From Lepidodermella squamata (taxonomy: Eukaryota > Animalia > Gastrotricha): a DNA stretch of 64,000 nt. The translations under genes were made by a program, and so were the position numbers. Of this stretch, positions 26,301 through 38,300 are shown piece by piece; position 1 is the first letter of the stretch, and every line of letters begins with the position of its first letter. The notes under the pieces are model-generated. The model was given only the letters and a program-made list of their open reading frames with translations, did no database searches and was not told the DNA's origin. The stretch covers positions 1,550,001 through 1,614,000 of the forward strand of contig JBLDXI010000046.1 in assembly GCA_047495785.1 (NCBI GenBank). Reading direction: 5' to 3'.

Positions 26301-29300
26301 TTTGCACCCGAATTTATTCAATTTTTTCAACCAAAATTTATGTAATTTTTTGTTTTAGTAACGAACTGAATTCTCAAGCGTTGGCGTTGTGCAAGCGATA
26401 CGTGCTGAAACACTATTTCCGGCTATTGCAAGTCATCGCCTGGGAGCCGTTCGCCTTCTGCAACTGCTGCTACTCGTGCTCGAACCAGAAGCTGTACGGC
26501 GACGAGACGTCGGCATTCCACCGCTTCTACATCGGCGCCATCAACCTGCTCTACCCGATCCTAGTCGTCGCCTTCCTAGTCTACTCCTACGTATTCGACG
26601 TGATCGGCTGCCAATGGGTGGTCATGATCGCCCCATTTTCACCCATCGGACCAGCTATCATCAACTCATCCGCCCTACCGCCTGAAAATTTAACAACCAC
26701 CCCATTCGGCGTTTTATACAACATGGAAACAACAACCAAGGTAATCCCATTCGGCCCGGTTATTCAAAAGGAAGAATGCAGTTCGCACTGGCTGACGACG
26801 TACGTAGTGCCGAACATCCTCCACTTCGTCGCCTACGTCATGGGCTTCGTCTACTTCCGCCTCATGCGTTCTGAACAGCTGTACGCGTTGATTGAACGCG
26901 TGTTCCTGAACTCAGCCCTCGTGAAAAACCGCACCGTCATGTCGTTGACTCGAGTGATTCGAAAACTGCGCATCATTTTATTGGCCTCTTTCACCTGGGT
27001 CGTTTTAGCCACCGCTCTGTACGTATTTTTTCTAACCGCCTTCCCCGACCATTCTTACACAATCATCCACGACGCGTTGCGCCTCGACGACAACGTGTAC
27101 TATTTTATCCTCGCCCTGCGCTCGATCGGCTACATTCTAGCGAATCTAGTCACGCTGACGGTTGTCTTCAACTTTGTCGTGCAGTGCGAGATGCTGTGCT
27201 TCTACTTCGAGTTCATCTTCCACCGCCTGCGCGAGAAGGTGTGGCTCATGAGCGATGCGTTCAAGCACGTGTTCAACGTGGCGGCGTTGGCTCGCCAGAT
27301 CAACTTGTTCCAGTCGCATCTAACGTCGGTTGTCATGTTCAAGCTGCTGATAACAACGACAATCGGCATTATCACGCTGTTTCAGAACAAACAAGACGAC
27401 CCAGTGGTGAGTTTCCGCTATCAATTTCCTCAACTAGGCTTATCTTATATATCGTGCTTAATCATGAGAAAAAATGGTTTGAGTACCGGATCTGAACATG
27501 TGAGCCTCGAACCTTTTTGGAGGTTCCTGGGGTCGTTGGGATCGCGGCTTCAAATTCCTAATTTGCCTTATTTTTTCACGATTTTAACTTATTTTTAACC
27601 GTAAATTACTGTCAGCCCAGTGGAAAAATATTCGACCAAGTTGAGAAGTATGGTTGAAGTCACCTAGTAAATGAATCTCAAATTCCGAAATACGGAAAAA
27701 ATCTATTAATATAGGACTTTAAAACAATTTTTTCAGGTTTTGAAATTTAAATTTAACTAGAAATTTCGAGTGTTGAAGAAAATGAGAATTGCTGGCTTTG
27801 AGGAATATCTAATATCCGCTGGCGAGTCATCGTTCAGTTTCGGTAACGATGGAAAGCGAAACTCAGTGTTAATTAAATTAAATTGAATTGAAATTGAAAT
27901 TTGAAATTTTTTCGAAAAAACTTGGAAAAAATCATAGAAATTCATGAGATGCGCGTTAATAAGCAAGTCCAGGGCCATACAAAAGCTGAGCTGGGCCAGT
28001 TTTATCTTCCTAATTTAGATTCGGTAAATATGTTCGGTAAATAAAAATATGGAAATGCTCGGTAAAATGAAGTTCGAATTTTAGGAATTTTCTCAGGCTT
28101 GGAATAAAATCGTTTGAGTGGGTGCGAAAAGCATTGATGAAATCCTTGAATCGCTAAAAGAAATGCTACTATCCCTCAGCGACCTTCAGGAAAACTCCTA
28201 ACCGTTCATTTCCGAGGTCGAAACCAATACATATCGTTTAAACTAATTCGGGAAAATATCCACCTTGAAGAAAATTTACAAAAATCGCCGAAAAAGTTAT
28301 GTTAAGTTCCAGAGAAATTATCTCTGGTAAAACTCAATTCCCTGCGGCCTAATTCTGACGTCATGGTAGAGAGTGAACGGCTTCGAAAAAAAATCAGCTG
28401 TAATTTAGGTTCAAGTAAACACGGCCTGATTGCGCACTCGCGGCAGCTGATTATTCTAATTACACTGAATAGCGGATCGTTTTTTAGGCAAATTTTTTCA
28501 CTCAAAAACAACAACGTGTAACAGTCGGACATGTGCACTGAACAGCGCGTAAACAGCATAAAAAAAACTGCCTGGCACCTGGTCAAACTGCGTCATAGTA
28601 AGCGTTGGCATAAAAATACTAGGCTGAAACCATATAAAACAGGCGCATCGTTTTCATAGTTTTCATCGTTTTCCAAAACTTGAATTTTCAATATTATAAA
28701 ATGAATTTACTTCAAATTTCCGTTATTTACTTTGCCGCATTTGCCTCCGGTAATGCATTTGCTGCAGTACCTACGATTGGCGGGTGTCAAATGTTCCCGG
28801 CTGATAATATCTGGAACACCCCGATCGACTCGCTACCCGTCCATCCTAAATCCGCGACCTACATGGCCACCATCCAATCCATGTCAGGCAACAACTACCT
28901 GAAAGCTGACTTCGGCACTGTTTGGAACGGAGCCCCAATCGGCATTCCGTTCAACGTCGTCAACGGGGCTCAGGCGAAGTTATCCCTAAAATTCGACTAC
29001 GCCTCTGAAAGCGACGCAGGGCCGTACCCGATCCCGCAGAATGTGCTGATCGAGGGCGGCACGAACGCTCCGTTGTCCGACGACCGCCACGTGCTGCTAG
29101 TCGACAACTCAACCTGCACGCTGTACGAAATCTACAACTACCGACCCCAGGCGGACGGGTCGCTTCAAGCCGGGTGTGGGGCGATCTGGAAACTGGGCTC
29201 AAACGCACTGCGCCCTGATACTTGGACGTCGGCGGACGCGGCTGGTCTGCCGATTCTACCCGGGCTTGTTCGTTACGAGGAGGTGGTCGCCGGTGAGATT

Positions 29301-31163
29301 GCTCACGCTATTCGATTCACCCTGCCGAAAACGCAGCGAGCCTACGTGTGGCCGGGCCGGCACTACGCGTCGTCGATCACCGACCAGTCTTACCCGCCGA
29401 TGGGGCTGAGATTCCGCCTGAAATCGACCTTTGATATCACGCCGTTTTCGCCGAAAGTGCAAGTTATTCTACGGGCTTTCAAGAAGTACGGCCTGCTGCT
29501 AGCGGATAACGGCTCGAAGTGGTTTGTTTCGGGCGTGCCGAATTCTAACTGGGACGATAACGATTTGCGAAATCTAGCCAAAGTTCTCAGCTCGAATCTC
29601 GAGGTGGTCGATGATTCACTGCTGATGGTGAGTAAGGACTCGGGCCAGGCCAAACAGTCGTCAGCTAGCACGTCGACTTCATCATCCCAAGCAACTGCTT
29701 CTACGACTAAATCAGCGACTTCTACCACTACTACTACGAAATTATCGACTACGATGAAATTGTCCTCCACCACTACCAAGAGGAAATAATTAGCAAAATA
29801 ATTTAGAGTCATAATTTTGTGATGATTACACCTCAGTTATAATCCTGGTGAATTATGTTAATGAACTTGTAATATTATCTAATCTAATAGGTTTTAAAAT
29901 TGTCGAAATTATTTTTTCCGTTCTGTAAATAATTAAGCTGGGCTACGGCTATGTAGAATATTTGATGTGTTTATTGAATAAAAAATGAATTTATATGATT
30001 TTAAACAAGTTTTTGAAGAAATTTTTTCATGTCGTGGGCATGAATTTAGTTGAAATTTCATCTCGTTTTTAACTAATTTTGTAATATTGAAAAGGTATAG
30101 GAACCCTTAATTCACCCTAAATTGGGGGTTTCAGCTCTAAGATGACCCAAAATATGGCTTTTCGGGTTAACCATCTTCCTTAAAATCTCAATTTTTTTGC
30201 GTAATTATTTATTTAAGAGCATTTATCCCACAGTTGAGTTGGTTATAAAAAAAATTGTCAGTGAGAAAAACCGTAACAACAAGTCATGATTATTCGGTCC
30301 TGTTCAGAATTTTGCGTCAGTATATGAGTTGAGCCTCTATCGATTCCCAAAAACAAGTGATTTTTCCGGTATCTAGCCAATTTTTCAGTTATATCATCGA
30401 TAAATAACGTGAAAAGAAGAGAGGAAAGGGGATCGCACCGAGGTTCAGAGAGTTAAATCGGAAACTAAATCGTTTACCATAACAGAGGCTTGACAGTTTG
30501 TGTACATGTTGGCTATCATTTTCAAAAAATATCTTCACCAAAAAACGATGATTCATCAAATCTAATGCGCTGCTGTAAGTGACGAAGGGTTTTCTTAAGA
30601 AATTTGAAAATATTGTTTCAGGTGGATTTTTTACTTTTTTAATTGATTAATTTTCAATTATTCTGCTTGAAAAAATATCATGAATAATTACATCATGTGC
30701 ATGTCTTAAGAAATTTGAAAATATTGTTTCAGGTGGATTTTTTACTTTTTTAATTGATTAATTTTCAATTATTCTGCTTGAAAAAATATCATGAATAATT
30801 AATTTTTGTCATGAATAATTTATGATTTCGCATCTTGTGCAGATATGGGCGTATAAAGGCGCATTTCCCGTCATCTGGTTCATCCCGGTCGTGTACTGCT
30901 TCGCCGAATCGGCGCGCCTGTTCACGTACAACCGCACGCTGATCAACCAGGCGCTCGAGATGCGCGTGTTCGGCTACGCGGCCGCCAGCCCCGCCGAAAT
31001 CGACTCGTTCATCGCGTTTCTGCGCGCCGCCAACGTCCGCACCAAGCTCTTCCACGTCGGCATCCGGCCCTCGTACCTGCTGATCATCGCCTTCCTACTA
31101 GCATTTGCCCTCGTGGCAATGCTGCAGCTGGACATTGTTTCATTTGGCTACCTAAAACTCTGA
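23391..31163 (+). CDS. Multi-pass membrane protein, gustatory-receptor-like / 7TM ion channel (GrlHz-like), ~550 aa
   Basis: Phase-compatible exons 23391-23683, 26359-27406, 30843-31163. No signal peptide, Ser-rich N-terminus, LCKRYVLKHYFRLLQVIAWEPF, ~7 hydrophobic helices, C-terminal EIDSFIAFL...KLFHVGIRPSYL + final TM. Family recalled from sequence pattern, not searched. Confidence 0.65.
24050..26235. repeat. Foldback/MITE-like element with long imperfect inverted arms, interrupted by the MULE insertion
   Basis: 24058-24210 plus 25713-25835 is approximately the reverse complement of ~25960-26232 (CCCCGATGGTAACTGG...GGTAATTTTCGG vs CCGAAAATTACCGAACCAGTTGCCATCGGGG). Related arms at ~22190-22460 and ~20860-20930. 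Confidence 0.65.
24211..25712 (-). mobile_element. Internally deleted Mutator-like (MULE) DNA transposon with frameshifted transposase remnant
   Basis: Minus-strand fragments 25461-24550 with MULE core (VMADGAGYITTAIETIFG...LMCYFHV); ~50-bp subterminal inverted repeats (24229-24277 vs 25648-25694); 8-bp flanking duplication TAACTGGC (24203-24210, 25713-25720). Confidence 0.8.
28633..28639 (+). promoter_or_regulatory. TATA-box-like element upstream of the nested bacterial-type gene
   Basis: TATAAAA ~62 nt upstream of the ATG at 28701; could be chance in AT-rich DNA. Confidence 0.35.
28701..29789 (+). CDS. Intronless secreted protein of a bacterial-type uncharacterised family plus Ser/Thr-rich tail, nested in Grl-like intron 2 (HGT candidate)
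   Basis: 362-aa intact ORF; signal peptide MNLLQISVIYFAAFASGNAFA; motifs FPADNIWNTPIDSLPVHP, SDAGPYPIP, DRHVLLVD...CTLYE, WTSADAAGLPILPGLVRYEEV, HAIRFT, PPMGLRFRLK, YGLLLADNGS, recalled from widespread bacterial hypothetical proteins; AATAAA at 29977-29982. Confidence 0.85.
   Translation: MNLLQISVIYFAAFASGNAFAAVPTIGGCQMFPADNIWNTPIDSLPVHPKSATYMATIQSMSGNNYLKADFGTVWNGAPIGIPFNVVNGAQAKLSLKFDYASESDAGPYPIPQNVLIEGGTNAPLSDDRHVLLVDNSTCTLYEIYNYRPQADGSLQAGCGAIWKLGSNALRPDTWTSADAAGLPILPGLVRYEEVVAGEIAHAIRFTLPKTQRAYVWPGRHYASSITDQSYPPMGLRFRLKSTFDITPFSPKVQVILRAFKKYGLLLADNGSKWFVSGVPNSNWDDNDLRNLAKVLSSNLEVVDDSLLMVSKDSGQAKQSSASTSTSSSQATASTTKSATSTTTTTKLSTTMKLSSTTTKRK
30593..30801. repeat. Near-perfect tandem duplication (~98 bp x2, period 111)
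   Basis: TCTTAAGAAATTTGAAAATATTG...ATCATGAATAATTA at 30593-30690 and 30704-30801. Confidence 0.9.
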
Positions 31164-32180
31164 TATTAACCCAAAAATCTATATATATTATATTATATTC
31201 TACTCCGCCTTAAAAATAATATCAAAATTATGCATGCCGTAAAAATATTATTCTACCGAAAAATATACTACCCAATTTTATTGTTCATGAGCAAGAAATG
31301 ATATCTTCTGTGATTTTTTTCGAACGATGCCAGTATTATACCAAACGCAATCCAGCATGTTGAGCTTTCTTCCAAAATATTCGTCTTCCCGGAAGGCGAG
31401 CTCTTCTTTTTTCTCATCGAAAACATTTGTGAGCGAAATTCCAGGTGCTGTTTTTGTTGTTGTCGCAATTGCGAGTGCGACATTTTTTTTCCGGCCCGAT
31501 GCACGGCGGCTATGAAGAACTATATTCGATGCAATAAAGCTCTGTATACGGTTTGTATATTATAGCGTTGTTATCTTGTTGTCTCACAGGCGTTTGTTTA
31601 CACTGCACGGGCTCAATAATTGTTATCTGAGCTATAAAAAGTTGTTGGGTGCAGAGGGGTGAATGCGAAAATGTGGCTGCATCATGTACCTTTTTATTGG
31701 GGCAAACCCATGATTAAGCTTCCGGGTTAAATCGGAATGAAATAAGGACAGTCAACTGAAAATGTGAGTTCCGATAACATATTACGCAAATACTGCTCAG
31801 AAATCGAAGAAGAAGAGAGCGGAATCTTCGGAAAGCTCGAGAAAATGTAAGCCTAGATTCGCATTTGTTTGATTAGGTTGGCGAATGAAGATATGGAACA
31901 TAGAAAAAGGTCCAAGATTTCGGAAGTTGTATGATGGCCATGCGACGAGGTACGGTACCGTTCAGAGGGAAAACATATTCGAAGCTTAAAATTAGCTTGC
32001 GCCTTTTGGCTAACTGGGTATGGGCAAATAAGGGGCAGTTTTATACTCTCAATTGCCAAAGCATGGGTTTCCAGCTTTTTTTACCCGGTTTTCAAGCAGA
32101 TGTCCTCCTGAAACGTGTCACGGATATTTATTATTTTCATCCATTTCAGAGGGAGAAAAAGTAAGAGAATAACTATGCCG

Positions 32181-32857
32181 AACTTTATTCAAAAATAGTT
32201 GATAATTGCCAAGATGATAGATATCCAAAAAGACATCATTTCATGTACATTTTTCTGATAATTGATATTCGCTTCTTGCTTTGATGGTTATGTGAAAAAT
32301 GCAACGAATGAGACAGGATTTCATAAAAAAACCCCTAACGTTTCTAATGTTATTTAACCATGAAGTGCCTTTCATCTTTCATCTGAGAAGTCTTAAAGTT
32401 ACTCCGTCCAAAATCACGCTGCGCTACCGTATAAGGGTCCCACCGCGGTATGAAAGGAGAAATCTGCGTCTAAACTGTTAAACATACACTGTTTAACATT
32501 TTGGAAGGTTCCTTACGGTTACCGTTCAATGCTCTGGGCTCCACCTTTCAATGGATAAGTTCTTTCCTTGGGTGTAATTACCCTTTCGAAGTTCGGGATA
32601 AACTATATTCAAAAATAGTTCATAATTGCCAAGGTGAAAGATATCCAAAAAGACATAATTTCATGTACATTTTTCTGATAATTGATATTCGCTTCTTGCT
32701 TTGATGGTTATGTAAAAAATGCAACGAATGAGACAGGATTTCATAAAAAAACCCCTAACGTTTCTAACGTTATTTAACCCTGAAGTGCCTTTCATCTTTC
32801 ATCTGAGAAGTCTTAAAGTTACTCTGTCCAAAATCACGCTGCGCTACCGTATAAGGG
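32181..32857. repeat. Direct duplication of ~257 bp (32181-32438 and 32601-32857)
   Basis: Near-identical sequence at a 420-bp offset, producing the twin short ORFs MQRMRQDFIKKPLTFL. Confidence 0.9.
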
Positions 32858-33318
32858 CAAAGAAAACGAGTTCAAGTTGTTCAAGTTCAAGTTCAAGTGT
32901 TTTTTGACTAGTTGGGCAAGCCAGGCGATACTTTACGTGACTCATCGCAGCGTATCTAAAATGCTATAGCTTCGAGTTACGAATACGAAGTCACCACATT
33001 TGAGATCTATGCTCGCTGCTGGCTACGCACGAGCTTTCTTACGGGAGCACGTCCGCGTAGCACCAGCAAGACAAAAGAATTATAAAGACCGCGCACCGCC
33101 TTAATTTTATTCACTTGACCGCGAAAAGCAAGCGATCGCGTTTGTTTGCTCTTGCGCGGTTGCATCGATTGGCGCGTGGCGCGGTTAGAATCGTAAACAC
33201 GCTGACAGATGGTAGTGGTAGATGGTGCTTTATAATGCAGAACACGATGCCGTGCTAATCGGAAACATTTTGGCAACTTGATCGAAAATTATGCCGTGTG
33301 GCCTACTCTGCTGCGACC

Positions 33319-34819
33319 ATGGACAAACCATCGAAGCGTGTCGGAGTGGCGACGTTACCGCGGAGTGTAGCCAAAGTCGCTGCGAAATGGAATGAATCTA
33401 TCGTTAATAACTACCTGCTAAAATTCACCGAAATGCCGCCTATTACTTCAACAACGAAAGCGTCTCCTTTCACCCGCGTCGCTTTGGTTGACGAGAGCCT
33501 TATACCAAGCTTCGTGATCAATAACTCGTCAATAAGCCAAGGACTCAAGGCTAAGGTTCGCTTTCAGGGCAATAGGAAGCTAGATCTTATCGAAGATGTA
33601 CAATTAGATTAGAGCTAAACATTATTTTGGTAGAACTTTTCTTTTTATCGTATAAATTTGCAGAACATTTCGGCTGAGTTACAGGTAATGAAATGCAGAT
33701 GTAGATACGGTTGGGATTTGCTCCCTACCCTGTAGAATAGCCAAGCTTCAACGGTCTAGCATAGACGGCTGATTTTGAGTTGATATTTTACATAATATTA
33801 GCTTCAACCCCCTTAACATTTGTGCTCATTCATTTATGCAGCCTTTTGATGATGATCACCTCCACGATCACGGCTGGCATTCATATCTTCTCGGATTTGC
33901 AATGCTCTTTTTCCTTTGGTGAGCAATCGTACATTAGTCATGCGACTTTTATTAGCCTTTTTCTGATAGTCTGTCTGTTACTGTTGGGATCCTATGGAAG
34001 TGTATGGACATGATCTTCGTCCGCGAGTCGAAGCGATACGATGACGCTTATGACGACTTGATATTCGGAAGCCGACAATACGGCTATTACGACGACGATG
34101 ACACGTCAGACAATGATTCGCTCGCAGATGTTACGATGCAGCACGTCGTTGCGCAGCCGCCACCTAAACGCAAAAAGTTGGATGCGAAAAAGATCAGGAT
34201 GCCACCACGCAATGACCGGCTGCCATTCACGGATGAACAGAACCCGATCATGGGCTTCACCAATCCTGCGTTCTACGGATCGTCGGATGGCGGAATGGCG
34301 AGCCCATCCACTGTCAAAACATCGAACCCTGTTAAGCCGAAACTGAAAACTGGATCAGAGCCTTACCTTGCATTTCAGCTGCAGCCAGAGTGGTATTCCC
34401 CGCCTACAAAAAAGTCGTCGATGCGGACTTCTGGGGATTCCAAGACCCGCAATGCCCAACATGGGTCGTCCGTTCCGGCCTCCCCTACGCATGAAGTTTC
34501 ATTCAGTGACACTCGGCGCCACAGTGGGTATCAGACTGAACCCTGCCCGACCCCGAAGTCATCTCCCCAGAGCCAGCATCAGCGGCATTGGCGAGTCATG
34601 GCACCCGATGAAGCTGCGTATGAGACAGATATCGATACTGGGGCACGGCATCGATTGCTGAAGGTCGAACCGGCTCAACCGCCGCACTACTCAAGCCTAG
34701 ATGCCATCGTCTTGAGGCAGTATCATCGGCAGCAGCAGTATCGACAGTCAAGAGAAAACGTCACCTTTTCGCCGATCTTTAACAGAAAACGGCACCCATC
34801 AGACTCGTCTGATTACTGA
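33319..34819 (+). CDS. Orphan single-pass membrane protein with disordered cytoplasmic tail; 5' exons uncertain
   Basis: Exon 33842-33918 splices in phase to 33970-34819, giving ...HGWHSYLLGFAMLFFLCLSVTVGILWKCMDMIFVRE... (one TM) followed by a ~270-aa Ser/Pro/Asp-rich tail; AATAAA at ~34837. Upstream ORF 33319-33612 and micro-exons probably belong to it. Confidence 0.55.
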
Positions 34820-35303
34820 TAGCTGAAATGAATTGCAATAAAATACCTGTTCCTACGGAGAGTGTTTTTTTCGCCATCAATTATTGACGACTTGGTAACC
34901 TTAAACATCGACGAGTACCGCTTTGTTCTACATTTTTCTCGAACGTCTATAAGAATAACGGGGCGGAGCTGCTGTAAATCTGTCGTGAACATTTTTTCCT
35001 GGTTAATTATTTACCGATACTGGCAGAGCTACAGCTATTAGGTTTCATTTATAGCAAATAATAATTGAATGCCAAATTTTTCCTGAATTATTTAGTTTCA
35101 TAGAAGGGAGGCCGAAGGTCGCGAGACAACGCCCGTTGAGAAAAATCTGGTGATAAATATTTCATAGCGGCGCGGCTCTAATTGCCAATAATTATAAAAA
35201 GGAGATGCGCTAGCTGGCAGTTGTTTCTTTGCATTGGAAAATATTGCTTCTTGAAATCTACGATTACACCGGTTTAGTGGTCATATAGACTGATGAATGA
35301 AAA

Positions 35304-38300
35304 ATGTGTGAAATACACTTCTTACTGCTATTCGGGGCCATTTTAATGGCAGCCAATATCTCTGAAGTTGGAGCATGTGAGTCCTAATACATGCCCATCA
35401 GAATGGCCTAATTGAGAGTAATTTCAGTCACCTGCAGCCCGGCGTGCGTTAACGGCAGTTGTACAAACACCAATGTATGCACTTGCAATATTGGCTGGAT
35501 GGGCAGCTTTTGCGGCGTCCAAGCGCCAGCAAGTTTGTTCAATTTCTCGTCAAGTTTTCCATCTTGAAAATAACCTATCTCTATCAGTTTGTCAGAACAG
35601 CTACAACTGCGCAAATGGAGGAACTTGTGTGAACGGCTTGTGTTATTGCCCCGCGAACTTGTCTGGCGTGACATGTGTTGACACCGGTAAGGAGACCTAA
35701 CATTTAGGACCATGAGTTAATTGCAATTTTTAAGACACCTTCTTTTGCTCGGTGAGTGGGGTGGATTATCCGTGGTGTTACAATGGTGGAACTTGCACCA
35801 ATAACGGAACTGTAAGTCGATGCAACTGCCCTCCAGGCATAACTGGAAAATATTGCGAAACGGGTAAATTAAAAATCTGAAAAATCTGGTGAACAATCTA
35901 TTACAACAATTTTCAAAGTTCTTTGTGCCACGCCGTGTCAATTTGGAGGGACGTGTTCAGCGCCAAACACTTGCACGTGTGCGCCAGGTTACTGGGGCAC
36001 TGACTGTTCGAGTTTCAATTGCAGCCAACCCTGCATGAATGGCGGGACATGCGTCGCGTCGAACACATGCGCCTGTGACGAGGATTGGAGTGGCGCGAAC
36101 TGTAACACATGTAAGGCGCATTAATTACCCGTCGAATGAATTCCGCATTCCAGCTTTTTTGCTAAGCTACGACTTGCCAGAATATGGAGCTGCTCGGTAA
36201 GATTGTTGGTTGGGGTGGTAGCTTTTCATCATCATCGCAGGCTTCGACGCCAAGTGGGCCACTATACAGCGATGGCAACCTCGCGATAGGAAATTACTGG
36301 ATGGCAGGCCCGACAGATTCACTTCCTTACATTGAATTCAATTTTGGCTCTGAAATGTCTGTGTCTAAAATCATGGTCGCTGGAGGTGACACTGGGGGTT
36401 TCTTGAGGGAGTACTACGTCAGTTTTGCTGTAAAGACTAGTCTGGTTTCACCCAACTCCTGGTTGTACTATCCGGTTCTGGTGAATCAATCTGTTTTCTC
36501 GACGACGTTGAAATTTTTCACAGGAGCTCCAAATTCGAGCTCGACTTTCTATCCTTCCGGTGCAACAACATTTTGTCCAGTAATCCGCACAGATAGGCTG
36601 AGGGTTCATTACAGGAATGGCAGCATGGGCCCTGCGGATTTGCGAGCGAGATTCTTGGTTTACGGCTGCCCGGCGCATTCGGGCTGTGTCCAATGTTCGG
36701 CTGCTAACACCTGTCTCTGCCCTCTTGGCTACAAAAGTAGCACGTCGTCTTCACCTGACCTGAGACCGGCTTGCGGTAAATTTTCCAATTTAGATTGTAG
36801 GTCTAAGTTTTAGTGGAATTTTACAGATGTCTGGAGCATGCCGCCTATCGACTGTGAGGACATCGCGATGCAGCAGCCCCGAAGTCCCAGTGGAGTTTAC
36901 ACCGTTTATCCATTCGGCTACTCAGCTGTTCAAGTCTATTGTGATATGACAACGCTCGGCGGTGGGATGACGGTTATTCAAAGGCGCCTTGGCAACGATG
37001 TCACTTTCTACCAGAATTGGACGTCTTACGCTAACGGTTTCGGCTCATTTACCGGCAGCTTTTGGTTAGGCCTGCAACAAATCGCTTATCTAACGTATCT
37101 GGTCTACAACGCGAATTATTTATATTTCTTCGCTACGACGTATGACGACGACTACGGCTACACGGCGTACAACCGAGCATTTAGGGTCAATACTGGTAAC
37201 AACTACTCAGTTTCTGTTGGGGCGAAATCCGCCGCTGGCAACATGGGCGACTCCTTTACTCCAGCTGGCGCCAAGTTCACTACGATTGATCGAGACAACG
37301 ATGCCAACGCTACTGGCAATTGTGCCCAACTAACAAACGGAGGTTGGTGGTATAGTGGTGTTTGTGTTCCGACGATAAACGGGTCAGTTGAAGTCAAAAT
37401 TAGCAGCATTTTTTCAATATTTACCTTGATGTAGCTTGTATGGCTCGAATATTCCACCAACCCAAGGAGTAAACTGGCGAGCATGGAAGGGCGATTCTGA
37501 GTTTCTGAAAACAACTGCAATGACGATACGAAGAGGGCAGCTAGCATTAGTCACACCAGGTTTGTTTCGAGAGTTATTTTGCCCTCCTCAATCTTTGTTT
37601 TGGCGCAGCTGTTGCCAGCTTTGACTCATGGCCAGCTCACGAATGCTCGGATTTAGTTATTCTCAATCCGAATGCGACAAGTGGATTATACACAATTTAC
37701 CCATCTGGCATTCCTGTACAAACCTATTGCGAAATGGGCGCCTTGGGTGGTGGCTGGACTGTGATCCAGCGCAATTACAACGACGGGGTGACAAGTTTCA
37801 ACCAGAACTGGACCACTTACGGAAACAGATTCGGGTCGCCACTGAAAGCTTTCTACCTTGGAAATTCCAACATTAACAAACTGACTGGAGCGGGTGTCCA
37901 GTTTCAACTGGCCATCGTCATCGAAGACGTCTATGGCGTTCAAAGGACATCGCGATATCAGAGCTTTGCTATTGGCACCTCGTCTTCTAATTATACCCTT
38001 TCAGTCTCTGGTTTCAATTGGTTGAATTTCGTTGAACATGCTGGCGACTCTCTTACACCCCACAACTTGATGCCGTTTCAAACGGGTGACTACTACAAGA
38101 CTGGGTGCGCACCGATTAGAAATGGTGGTTGGTGGTTTCGACCATTAAATGAATCGTCGTGTCTCGAGTCAAACCTCAATGGCCAGGCACTGAACAACTC
38201 GTATGAGCAAGGCATTGTTTGGGCGAGTTGGAAAGGCCGTCAAAACTCGGTTAAATCTGTTACGATGATGGTAAAGTCTTTGACAAAAAAACCAACTTCT

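Noticed and set aside
28701-29789. Bacterial contamination as the explanation for the nested gene
   Set aside because: Disfavoured but not excluded: flanks are AT-rich host-type intron, there are no neighbouring bacterial genes, and the host exons splice in phase across it.
32299-32907. Twin ORFs MQRMRQDFIKKPL as duplicated small genes
   Set aside because: By-product of the direct DNA duplication; no coding hallmarks.
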